The position numbers and the translations under genes are program-made. Shown in pieces: positions 21,301 to 33,299 of a DNA stretch of 64,000 nt (position 1 is the first letter of the stretch; the number at the start of each line of letters is the position of its first letter). This DNA is from Callorhinchus milii. Taxonomy: Eukaryota. Location of the stretch: NCBI RefSeq assembly GCF_018977255.1, contig NW_024704751.1, positions 8,370,001 to 8,434,000 on the forward strand. Reading direction: 5' to 3'. The notes beneath the pieces were generated by a model, which did no database searches, had not been told where the DNA came from, and worked only from the letters and a program-made list of their open reading frames with translations.

Positions 21301-24300
21301 TGCATTTTGTAGGCGAAGGTGGCAACGTTCCACAAACAGCCATGAAGTGAATGACTGATTTTATTTGGAGATTGTTGGCCAGGACCCCGGGAGAGGGAAA
21401 CACCCACCCAATGATAGAAGCGTTGGGACAGGTAACCTACATACGCTCTTGACCAGGGAATGGTTCCAGGCACAGGAACAAAAGCGGAAAATTAAGGGTT
21501 TGCTGGCAAACGTAGATGTGGTAAAAGCCACTGGACAAGCGCATTAGTCTAGAAAATATAAGGCCATTCTGCCCAATGAGGGCATCATTTTATAATAACT
21601 GATTCATCATGAACTCTTACTAATTTACCCAATCTCCTGGCCGCTGTGAATCGAAACCAATGAAGAAATTTCCAGAAGATAAAGCTGTGAAGTGTCACTG
21701 CTCTCGGGGAGTATATTTTAGTAATAAAGTCATTTCCTTATTATGTTCCCTTAATCTTTTAATCTTTTTTCAAATAGAGAAGGATGTAGCTAGGTACTGT
21801 GGTACACAGGGCACAGTGTAAAGGTATCTCTTTTTGTGCTCTCTGTTCCAGGTGTGTAAGCATTATCTGAAGGACACCAACATGTTGCTTATTGGGGGTT
21901 TGATGGTGGCTATTGCGGTCGAGCAATGGAACCTGCACAAGCGCATTGCCCTGAGGGTGCTGCTCATTGTGGGAGTCAAGCCTGCACTGTAAGCCTCTAC
22001 TCATACCTTGTTTGCTGTGACATGGGAATGGGGAGATCACTTTGTTGGTTTTGTAAATCATTACCTGCCACTCAGCTCCTGTAAATCCTGCAAGCCAAAG
22101 CCCCAACTGGGTGGAGTATTCCTTTCTTGACAAGCGCCAGGAAACCTTGCCAAATCGTGATATCAATGGCAAGCAATGAGGGTTTAGCCGGTTCGACTCC
22201 AGCAGTTACCCCAACGCGAACTCTGGGGTCTCCAAGTCTTGGCTCTCGCCAACCTGCGCCTAATACTTTCTGTAATCAGGTACAGCAGGCTGCGTCCCTC
22301 CAGGGAGAGAGTGCACATTCCATTCCAACACTCTATCTCTGGGATTTCCATGTGTAGGTGGAAACGCATGGGATTCTCAGTTTGGTTTGGATTCTCTTAA
22401 GCACGGTGATGGGTTTCCCCATGTGTCAGACGCCCGGCTGACCAAAAAGAAAAGGCTAAATGGAAAATGGTGCAGAGTCTGACAACAGAAGGTCTGAAAT
22501 TCAGGTTTCCCAAAACCAGATCACAGTTATTGGTTCAGTCCAAAGGATAAACCTAACCATCCCGCCGTCCTGCTGCCTGTAGTAGCTCCTGATTTGGATC
22601 TTCTCAATTCATGTTACAAAGCTAACTGTAGGATCTCCTCATTTGCAGTTTAATGCTGGGGTTCATGGGGGTGACGGCATTCCTCTCCATGTGGATCAGC
22701 AACACGGCCACCACTGCCATGATGGTGCCCATCGCACAGGCTGTGTTAGACCAGCTCAACGTCAGCGGCTCAGAGTTGGAAAATGAGGAACTGGAAAATG
22801 GCTTCGTCAATAAGGGTTTGGAACTGGCGGAAAAGGGTTCCCAAATGTCAGACGGTAAGCAGCTCAGTCATGGGCCACACCAGCTGCTCAGGGTGGCACC
22901 GAGCAAAGCCTCCGTAGGGGTTTACCGTGGATGGCTCTTTGGGACGAGCAGATCGGCGTTTGGCTGTAACAAGACTCAGGTGCACGTTTCAGTTATAGCC
23001 ACTGGATGGCGATGTGGAGCAGAAGCCCTGGTTGGTTGCCCATTGCAAATTCACAGCACAGAAGAGGCCATTCGGCCCATGGAGTCTATTCCGGCCCTTT
23101 TTAAGAGCAATCCTTTCAGTCCCAGTTACCTGCCCCTTTCCCCATTCTCCTCGTTAGATATCTCTCTGGTTCAGGGGAGGGTGTTTGAGGTCAGGACTTT
23201 TAAGGTTAAAAATATATATATATTTGGTCACTCAATCCATGACTGTGGGACATTGCTGTGCGCAATCGGCAGCCACGTTTGACCCATAAAATGCACATTC
23301 AATTCACTTCCTGATGATAATGTGGCTGCTGATGCCACACCGTGTTGTTACCGAGGGCTCCACCGCACTGCAATGGGGAGCCCTGGATGAATTTTGGGGA
23401 GAAAAGGATTAAGGAATTCAATGAGGATGGATTTCAGATCGGTGATTTTTTTTTTTTCCTGTTCCTAAAACAGGACAAATCTACTGCACAGAGCTGGAAG
23501 AGACCAACGAGAAAAAATTGGAACTTGAAGGTAAGAGAGGTCACAGCTGTTGTCAGCGTCCGGCAACAGATGACTAAATTAATACCTGGGCTAAGGGCTC
23601 AGCCATGACGAGAGGCTGGGTGGAGACTGGGTAGACTTTGGAATGAGACTATGAGTGTGAGGTTATATCCTTAGATCAGAGGAAGTAAGGGGTAAGTTAA
23701 TGGCGCTTTTCAACATTGTGAAGGGAAATGACAGGTTAGGTTAGATTGTGGACGACTCCTCCCTCAGGTAGAGGGATCGTTACAATGGGCAGAGCCTTAA
23801 AATCCGAACCGAACCATTTACCCTGACGTTTTCCTTCCCAAACGTTCCACAATGTGCCCTGTGCACTCCATTGGTGGTTCGAAATGCTGCCGGGGCACGG
23901 GCAACTTCCCTCACGGCCAACTTCTGGGTCATACCGATGTCACTTCCTGTGCGCTGCGAAGTGATGTCATTGGCGACCTGATGACCCGGAAGCGCGGCCA
24001 TTTCTTCCCACAAAGAAAATCAGGTGATTATAAGCAACAAAAAGCATTCCCCGCCCCACCCAGCCGAGGAGGAGCAAGAGAGGAGTCCCATTCCCAATAG
24101 CAGGGTCCCATTACCTTGCCAAGCACAATAACTGACCAAAACGCCCCATTAGCAGAAATCCAATGTGAGCAAACTCTTCCTTTAGGCAACGGTCACACCG
24201 GTCCAATCGGAGATGAGAACGGTCAGACGCTCGCAGAGCAAAGCAAAGAGGAAAAAGAGCACACCAAGCTCTCCAAAGGAATGAGCCTGTCCGTGTGCTA

Positions 24301-27300
24301 TTCAGCGAGTATTGGGGGCGCTGCCACTCTGACTGGAACAACCCCGAACCTGATCATGGTGGGACAGCTGAAACAGTACGTATTTTACGTGTTAGCCCAG
24401 TACAGGTAACTCCTGATAACTCGACCCTGGCATGACTTGTCGCTGCCGCTTAAGTCATCATGCTGTCAATATCGCGACTGCATTTTCATTCCTTTTATAC
24501 CGGGAAGCGCTTTGAGACGTCTCGAAGACGTGATAAGGCGCTATATCAAATGCAAGGATTATTATTATTATATTATTCTCAGTCTGCTCTTTGTGAGCAG
24601 GAAACACAAACCATGCTCTTGTACTTTCAGACTCTTCCCAGACAGTGGGGACATTGTGAATTTTGCGACCTGGTTTGGATTTTCCTTCCCGGTGACATTG
24701 ATCATGTTATTCCTGACCTGGATATGGCTGCAGATTGTGTTCCTGGGATTTAAGTAAGTCTGCGCATCCGTTGGTCTTGGACCCTACACTGTGTGAGGAC
24801 CGCTACATAAATGCAAGCTGTTGATGTTGTTGTTGGTCACTCCATCATCTGTTCCCTTCAGCGATATGACCATCAGCTTGGCTCAATCTCAAGAGTTCGG
24901 ATGCAGAGGCAAGTCTGCTGTAAATTTCCACGGTTCTGTGGTCCTGACTGAGGCAGGCTGACACTCTCGCCTTGGGTCAGAAGGTTATGGGTTCAAATCC
25001 CACATCGGAACTTGAGCTCATATAGTCTCGACTCTACCGTGACACTACAATGCAGTGCTGGGAGGGCTTTCAATCTTAGAGATGCTGTCCTTCGGATGAG
25101 GTGTTAAACCGTCTGCTTGTCCAGGTGGATAATAAAGATCCCACAGCACTATCCGAAAGGAGAAGGGAGTTTCTGTCTCCCGGTGTCCTGGCCAACAATC
25201 CCCCAAATAAAATTGGTTATTTGTTTCATGGCTGTTTGTGGGACGTTGCTGTGTGCGATCAGGTTGCACCACTCCCCGAGTCAGTCCATTTCACAGTAAA
25301 TCCTGTGAAGTACTTTGGGACGTCCTCTCGACGTGAAAGGCACTACACTTTTTTTTTTTGACGCATGCGGAAACCCATCACCGTGCTTAGGAGTATCCAA
25401 GCCAAACTGAGAATTCCAATGCATCCCACCTACACCTGGAAATCCCAGAGATAAATTGTCGGGATGGAATGCGCATTCTCTCCCTGGAGGGATGCATCCT
25501 GCTTAACTAATTCCGGAACATATTATGTAATTACTTATTATTCAAGGCACTATATCAAATGTAAGGATTATTATTACAGTACTGGGTAGAATCCAAGAGC
25601 CCTAACATTTGGCTTCGGCACAATTTTGATGTCTTGGTTAATATTTCTCTCTCGCCCAAAATCACCAGAGTATAGTCAATTTGGTCATTCATCTGAAACA
25701 AAAACAGAAGTGGCTGGGAACACTCCGCAGGTCAGGCAGCATCTATGGAGAGAGGAAAGTGAGTCAACGTTTCGGGTCCATGACCCTTTGTCAGAACTGG
25801 GGCATGTTGGGAGGAGAGGCTTTTAAGAGCTAACAGAGAGGTTGGGTGGGGGTTGGGGGGGAGGCAAGGAAGACAAAGGAGAAAATGGGGTAGAGGGCAG
25901 GTCATTCAACTCATTGCTGTGACTGTTTATTGCCAGTACAAAGTTAGCTGGCAGCAACCTCCCACAGTAATGAGCTGTCGCATTTGCCGGTGCACAATTC
26001 TCTGCGGCTAAAAGTAACCTACTCTGTGAAGCATTTCGAGTTATTTCGACGGGATAAGGTTCTGCATTAAAACCTGATTTACTATGACGTATCCTTAGCA
26101 ATTTTCTTTGTTTCAGTTTCAAAAAGAACTTTGGTTGCGGGAAGCTGCAGACAAAGAAAGAGATAGCGGCTTACGAAGTCATTAAGCAAGAAGTGAAAAA
26201 GCTGGGGCCCATGACCTTTGCCGAGATTGCTGTCCTCATCCTCTTCATTTTCCTGGTACTGCTCTGGTTCACCAGAGACCCTGGCTTCATACCTGGATGG
26301 GCATCAGTCCTGTTTAACTCTAACAATAAGGAGTAAGTCCAACTCTTGTTATTAAGTACTTTTCAGCTCCAAGCTTTCCCCCACCCCAACCCCAACGAAA
26401 GATTTTTTTTTAACATCTCTCAAAATGTTATGCTCGGGTCCAAATCCCTGACTGTCCAGCGCCCTGGGATGTCCTCCCGACCTGAAAGCCGCTGCACGCA
26501 TGTAATTTTGTATTGTGTTGTATCTCACTGTTCACTCCTGTTTTAGTTTTGTGACGGATGCCACTGTGGTCATCTTCATCAGTGTGATTATGTTTATTAT
26601 CCCGTCCGCCAAACCACGACTCCCATGTTTACACAATGGCGATGATGAAGCAGGTGAGGATGGGACAAGGACCCGATGTAGAGATAACCCAACAGCCTTC
26701 AGTCATTGCAATAGATGGTCTCAATAACACCCAAGCTTTACTGTCCATTGCTCCCTGGACACACAATTATCCCAACTATCAGTTCAAGGATACTTTGGCA
26801 TGGGCACAAGTGATTGTGTTTGATATACAGTCCCTTGGTTTGGCACAAGACAGTCACTATTGGCTCTCAGCCAATTGTCTCCTTTTTTATAGTTCCCCAA
26901 TCTCATCATAAGCTATAATTATCACTGAGTATTACACGCAGTGTTCAGGACATGCCAATAGAAAGCCTTGCGAAAAATTCTACTTATAAACTTGCACATG
27001 GATGGGGCAGGCACTGAGCTCACCCACAGTCTCAGTCTGTACCTCCTTTATCCATTCCTCAGTATTTCTCTCCATCACCAATCCTTCCGTACGCCCACTT
27101 CCATCCTTCAGTGTGACTATCCCTCCATCTCCACCCTTCAGTGTGGCTCGATTCACCTTCAGACCTTGACCTGATTGTTTGGGGAACATATTTTATCCAG
27201 AGCAAGACTGATAACACCTGGCACAAAAATAGGCCCTTGATTTGTGTCCACAACCCAGAAGAGAGGTGTCTATTGTATAGAATAAAAACGACTCCCCTGT

Positions 27301-29002
27301 TGTGTTCCCTAATCAATATTCTATCCCACACAGATAGCAAACACAAGTATGGACCAGCTCCCTCACTGCTGAACTGGAAGCTTATCCAGGAGAAGTTACC
27401 ATGGAATGTCGTGATCCTACTTGGAGGTGGCTTTGCTCTGGCTGAAGGCAGTGAGGTAGAGTGTCATCCAATCAAGCTTTCCCTCGGGATCAGTCTATAG
27501 CAGCTTAGTGTAGGGGTCAATGACCAGTGCATTTCTTCTCCTTCAAGGAATCGGGGCTCTCCACTTGGCTTGGAAGCCAGCTGATTCCTCTGCAGAATAT
27601 CCCGCCCTGGGCCATCGTAATCGTCCTGTGTTTGTTGGTGGCGACCTTCACGGAATGTGCCAGCAACACAGCCACGACCTCACTCTTCCTGCCCATCCTG
27701 GCTTCCATGGTAAGACTACTCGCTGTCTCCGACACTCAACGCCCGTGCGCACAAATTTCCATGTGTCTGGAACGGAATGCGCATTCGTTTCTCTGGATGG
27801 ACGCATTTGCTTACCAAATACGCACACTCACACGGACTTCACGTAACTCTCTCACTCACACGTACTTTCTCTCCCAGCAATCCCTGTCTGAAGTAGTCTA
27901 AAGCCTCGTCTCTGGTGTTGTGCTGTCGCTATGCTTTTTGTGTGTTCTGTGTGTTTCGAGTCCCTGGATTTTGAGAGCCGTTATCTGTTTTTGACCGATT
28001 CCAGGCACAGCGTATCGGGATCCACCCGCTGTACATCATGCTGCCGTGTACAATCTGCGCTTCATTTGCTTTCATGCTGCCTGTGGCCACGCCACCAAAC
28101 TCCATTGTATTCTCCTACGGTTACTTGAAGGTGTCGGACATGGTGAGTGTATCAAAGATAACATTTCCAAACTGACAATGGTACCAACCTGCCTTATATT
28201 GTGCCTTTCACCTGGAATAAAGCCCAGAACAATAATATTAGGATTCACCAAGACTGTAAAGTAAGAGGACACCGGTTTTGAGTTGCAAAACGGGACGATT
28301 TCAGGACAGACACCAGGAAGTGTTTCTTTACCCAGAGAGTAATTAACCACCAGAACAGGTTGCCGGGAAGGGTAGTTTAGGCCAGGATAATGGACTCATT
28401 TAAAAAGCAGCTGGACACTGTGCGGAGGGGAAGGTAGGGTGAGTGTTCTGGAGGGGTGGGAATTTGATGGCCCAAAGGTTCTTCTTCATCCAAACCAATC
28501 TTGTGATCTTGTAACCAAACAGGGAGGAGAGGATAGGAATTTGAAGGGTTGATGAAAAGCACAGTTAATGAGATTTGTTTTTAAGCGGGATGTAAGGGAT
28601 TATAAGGGAGGGAAAAAAGGCACAAGGCGTTTGGGGAGAGAGAATCAGACTGCGGATTCAGTGCCTGAATGCTCATTGATACGCAGTATCTGGGCTCACG
28701 CACGAAGCATGGTCACTTGAGTGAAATACAGTGTCTGTGGATGCGTACGCAAGACAAGTCATGGTCTTCAGGAGAGAAGTAGGGTCAAACGATAAATGCC
28801 AAAGAAATTTTGTTCTTGCCACCAGCAAGCTTCCGTAAGCTTGTTTGCTGACTGTTCTCCCTGTGTTACACAGGCCAAAACGGGCATAATAGTCAATATC
28901 CTGGGAGTGCTCACCATATCGCTGGCCATCAACACGTGGGGTCAAGTCTTGTTCAACCTGGACTCCTTCCCATCCTGGGCCAACAGCACCAAGATTCCCT
29001 GA
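18358..29002 (+). CDS. SLC13A2: Na+/dicarboxylate cotransporter NaDC1, complete (~605 aa, including a probable extra 57-nt exon)
   Basis: Exons 18358-18459, 20543-20671, 21852-21988, 22649-22854, (23474-23530), 24186[or 24153/24156]-24375, 24631-24753, 26117-26332, 26547-26653, 27334-27455, 27548-27709, 28005-28142, 28874-29002. NaDC1-type motifs [43 protein letters not shown]; both SNT motifs intact. Order SARM1-SLC46A1-SLC13A2 matches human 17q11.2. Confidence 0.93.
19855..20360. mobile_element. Two divergently oriented SINE copies in SLC13A2 intron 1
   Basis: Minus copy ~19855-20165 and plus 3' half ~20185-20360; another minus tail at ~19012-19146. Confidence 0.75.
24950..25345 (+). mobile_element. 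Deu-domain SINE
   Basis: gggtcagaaggttatgggttcaaatccc head; aaagatcccacagcactat..ctcccggtgtcctggccaaca core. Confidence 0.75.
25690..25800 (-). mobile_element. Penelope-like terminal repeat carrying a degenerate minimal hammerhead ribozyme motif
   Basis: Minus strand reads CTGACAA-A-GGGTC-ATG-GACCC-GAAACGTT. Confidence 0.5.
28290..28510 (+). mobile_element. CR1-type LINE 3' end
   Basis: caggaagtgtttctttacccagagag..ggatagga-type tail; a similar copy lies at ~20940-21150. Confidence 0.6.
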
Positions 29003-29149
29003 TATGAACCAAACCTGCGGGCTCTGGACGGACTGCTGAGCAGAGCTGTTAATTTGTTTTGAATTCATGTAAATGTTTCTGTGAAATTGTACCACTGAAG
29101 CAGCGCACTTTAGGGATGCAATTTATTTTCAAAAATGGGAAATTTAATG

Positions 29150-29300
29150 CTGTACACATGTATGCGCACCCACACACGCGCATGCACCTACACACACGGG
29201 GCGCGCGCGCGCACACACACACATGCACGCACATCCGTACACACATACAAGCACCCACATGCACGCACACACACACATGCATATCCACACGCACAGCACT
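29150..29300 (+). repeat. (CA/CG)n-rich microsatellite in the SLC13A2 3'UTR
   Basis: Alternating purine-pyrimidine tract. Confidence 0.85.
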
Positions 29301-29426
29301 ATGTAAGGGCTCCCTTTTCCAGACACAAAACCACCTGCTTTTTGTGTTAAGGTGTATTGTAAAAATAATCAAATTGTACAAACCGATGAGGTGTCGAACA
29401 AACAATAGGAAAAGTGTCGAACAAAC

Positions 29427-29432
29427 AATAAA
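29427..29432 (+). terminator. Candidate SLC13A2 polyadenylation signal
   Basis: AATAAA followed by GT-rich tgtgttggtgtg. Confidence 0.65.
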
Positions 29433-32400
29433 AAACTCTGTGTTGGTGTGAGAAGGAGCAGACTGATGAGCAATGGCGATCTGAATCCCAGAATCGGATC
29501 CGGCAATGAGGCTCAGCCCTCAGCGTGAGCCGTGAGGTGGTGGGATCTGACTGGTTGCGTGCAGTCCGATTTCACTACCTCTTTGGGGCTTTGTCCACCG
29601 CCCTGCCCAGCCCCACCATCGCCGGTTGGGCCTTCAGGCTTTCTGTCCCCACCCTTTGGAACTCCATCCCACATTCCCTTCGCCTCGCTCTCTCCCTCGC
29701 CTCCTTCAAGTCCCTCCTCTTCGACCGTGCCTTCAGCCACCCCTCCGTAAGTGGTCAACTTAGTTCTTCAAACAATCTTACATCCCTGCATAAGTGACTT
29801 TGAGCCAACGGAACACTGTAAAATATTTATAATTTGTTAAACGATTTCCTTTTTACTAAAATGTGAATAAATTAATAAGCCTTTCATTTTGTGGGTCTTT
29901 TTCAGGAGTTACAGACCAGCTTGTGCAGGGCGCTGTTAGTGTCATGTCAGGGTCTTTAGGGTAGAAATGCCGCATAAAGATATCCCACGGCACTATTCGA
30001 AAAGAGAAGGGAAGTTTCTCTCTCCCGGTGTCCTGGCCAACAATCCTCCAGAAAAAATTGGTCACTCACTCCCTGGCTGTTTGTGGGACTTTGCAGTGCG
30101 CAATCGGCTGCCGCCCAATTCGTTCACAAAATACGCAGTCAATCTACTTTATCTGATGCACTTTGAGATGTCACAATGACGTGATATCAAATGCAAGGAT
30201 TTTTATTGTTATTATTATTCCATAGACTGTGCCAAGTGCTGTCAGCATTATCCAACCATCGCCAATCACGCCTGGCGCGCAAAGGGCCCACTAACAATGC
30301 CTGGCTCCGAACCGGACTATGAAGATCCACGTTGTGGGTGGCCAATTCCAACATTCCATTGCCAGGCGTGTCACCTTGCTGCCAGTTCGGTCACAAGGAG
30401 ACCTCGCTTGCCTCTCCCAGGAGGATAGCCAATACACCGTGTCTAACTCTCTCTCCCCCGGGTCTAACACTCTCTTTCCTAAAGCCTTCAAATGAAAATA
30501 GGTCAAATTTGGAGCATTGCCATTCCAGACATCTCATTACCCAGCACTGAATGACAGGTAACAAACACGGGGTGTACTTATTCACGTGAAAGCAAATTAT
30601 ACCATCATTACTTAGTCTGCGGCATAGTCAATTGCCTGAGTAAGGGAGAGAGGTTCTTATTGAATTATATACCCATGTAAAAAGGCCTCAGTTTGTACAA
30701 GTTTAAACTGGTCTTGGAAGGCCATTGTATTGTCTTTCTGCATGTGTCGAATGTTTGTGGTTGTTGAAGGGAGGGATGTCAGGGTTGGGGAATGTATGGC
30801 TGCAACTCTTTCCATTTTGGTTGCTCAATCTCAACAGCAAAGACCAAGTCAGTCACAGTCCAGCCATACACAGAGTAACCCTCCACCTGAACTCCATCTG
30901 AGGGATTAGCCCTGAAGCTTTAGAACCCTCTTCCCCAATCCCTCCGCCTTGCCTGGCCCCTTCTTCCCCTCTTTTAGATCACGACTGAAGACCTTCCTCC
31001 AAGACCGTGCTTACTCTCGACACCTCCCCCCCCCGACTTGGTGTCATGCTTTGCCACTGCTAAGCTCTCCGAAACGTTGCCACACACGAAGGGCGCTGTG
31101 TAAATGCAAGTTCTTGTTGTTGAAGATGCTCCAGGATGATGTGAGCAGAATTAACCCAGGGTATTGGAGGGTAGGAATCCATTACATCTCGAAGCATCAA
31201 TCCCTCTTTTGTCTCTTACTCTAGGCATGCCTTATGTTGGGCTGATGTTCCCCTTGGTTATATTATGAGGAACAATCAACAGACAGTGCTAACAATAAAG
31301 TATCAGTCATGGTGCAGCTTCAGACCCCAACCTGACAATCCCTATGTTGCTGGGTTTCATGTTGTGTATTCACCGAGAATATGACCTCAGCAGGTAACCC
31401 ACGGTGGTAACATTGTAGGTTCAAAACAACTCCTCAAAAAAAAGGCACAGTTTTTTAAAAGAGTTTAAAAGACCACCTCGCAGAATCATAGAATTTTACA
31501 GCACAGAAGGAGGCCGTTATACCCATCGTGCCTGTGCCGGCTTTGGAAGAGCTCCCCAACCAGTCCCGCTTCCCCGCTCCTTCTCCATTGACTTGCAATT
31601 TTTTTTTTCGCTTTTTCAAGTACCTAATGCAATTCTCTTTCGAAAGTTGTGATTGAACCTGTTTCTACCAACACCTCTCATCCTTTTAGCTCAGATCGAG
31701 TGCCGTCGGCGTTCTTATCAGTTGCTCCTCGGGGCGGCAACTGCCGGGAGATGTCTCCTGTTGAGATCCACTCGTGTTTCCACATCCCCTGAACCAAATC
31801 TTCCCCTACGATAACGGGTAATGGGAGGATTGAGGTCTTGGCAACAGCGATGACTTCAGCCCTCTGTTGGTTCGGGTCGGTATCGCGGAGCTTCTGATCT
31901 GAGCACAGTCTGATCTGCCCACAAAGGGAACGAGGAGAGAGTGCAATGCAGAGCTCGCTCGAGCAGTTGATCACCAGTTCAGGTATGCCCTGACAGCGAA
32001 GCCATTCCATCACCTGCCCTACCTGGGTGGTCGAGACGCCAGGCATCAGGTCTGCATTGTCCTTTGACAATTTGGGGTCCAGAGAGCTCTTTTTCGGGGG
32101 GTGGGGGGTGGGAGGGGGGGGTGATTGGGGCTTGTCTGCGGAGACAACTCGTGTTTCGTTCTAATTCGCTTTAAGTGAGGGTGAATGGGGCCTAACCTTG
32201 CTCACCAATAACAAATTTAAAAAAGAGTGAAATTATAATGTTATCTGGCTGAGAATCTTCGGTGTTGCAATGCTATTTGGGAGTTTGTGTGGCTACAGCT
32301 GAACTTGTGTGAAAGTAAATCACGGTCAGGGTCAAAGATTTTGAGTCGAAAGACACATAAGAAACAAGCCATTTTTGTTTGAAGTGGAGTTACTTTTGTG

Positions 32401-32820
32401 GAGCTTGGGGCGGTGTGAATTCGATTGATTTGCGCAATTAATTGTGTCTGTGCCTTCCTACAGCTGTTGGATTAACAGAGTGCTAGTGAGTAAGCACACA
32501 CGGTATTTAACTTTTTTCTCGTGTGGAGAACTTTGCTAAGACTTTCTGTCAGCCTGGCGCAATGCTAACACTCTCGCCTTTGAGTCAGAGAGAAGGGGTA
32601 AAGGCAAAAACACAACGTGAGTTCAAGCCCCACGGCGGGACTTCAATTTACGTAGTCTAGGGTGGTCCAATCTTTTGGCTGCCCACAGCCGGATGTCGTG
32701 TTTCAAAAATGCCCTTGGCAGCTTAAGCAATAGTTTTGTGTTTTCCTTCCAGTAACATAACATTTACGCAGCGCCTTTTTCGTGTAGAAAGGGCGTCTCA
32801 AAGTGCTTAAGACACTACAC

Positions 32821-32853
<33 letters not shown>

Positions 32854-33299
32854 GCACTCAGCTGATGTAGAATCCCAGCTAATGTTATCAATTTGATGGT
32901 CTCAGTTGTCAGTCACTCTGCCTGAGATTGGGACAGAATCGGGAGAATGATCAGAAGAGGGCAGAAGAAACTCAATAAATAGATCCCTGGACAATCCCTG
33001 ATCTCAACAACAACAACAACAACAACAACAACAACTTGCATTTATATAGCGCCCTTCATGGTGCCTCGAAGCGCTTGACCAAGCTGTGAACACAGGACAG
33101 GCTCGGGGCAGAAGAGTCTGTGCAAAGCCATCTCAGGAACCACGGAGCTCATCGCTGGACAGTGCTGGGCTGATAGAGACACCTGCACACCAGGGCTCCA
33201 CCTCTTCACTCCTGAAATCACCAGCGCAGCCATTCAATCACAAGCAACTGAGCAGCCGGGAGACTCGGGAGTGTGTGAGGGAGTGTGTGTGCAGACATA

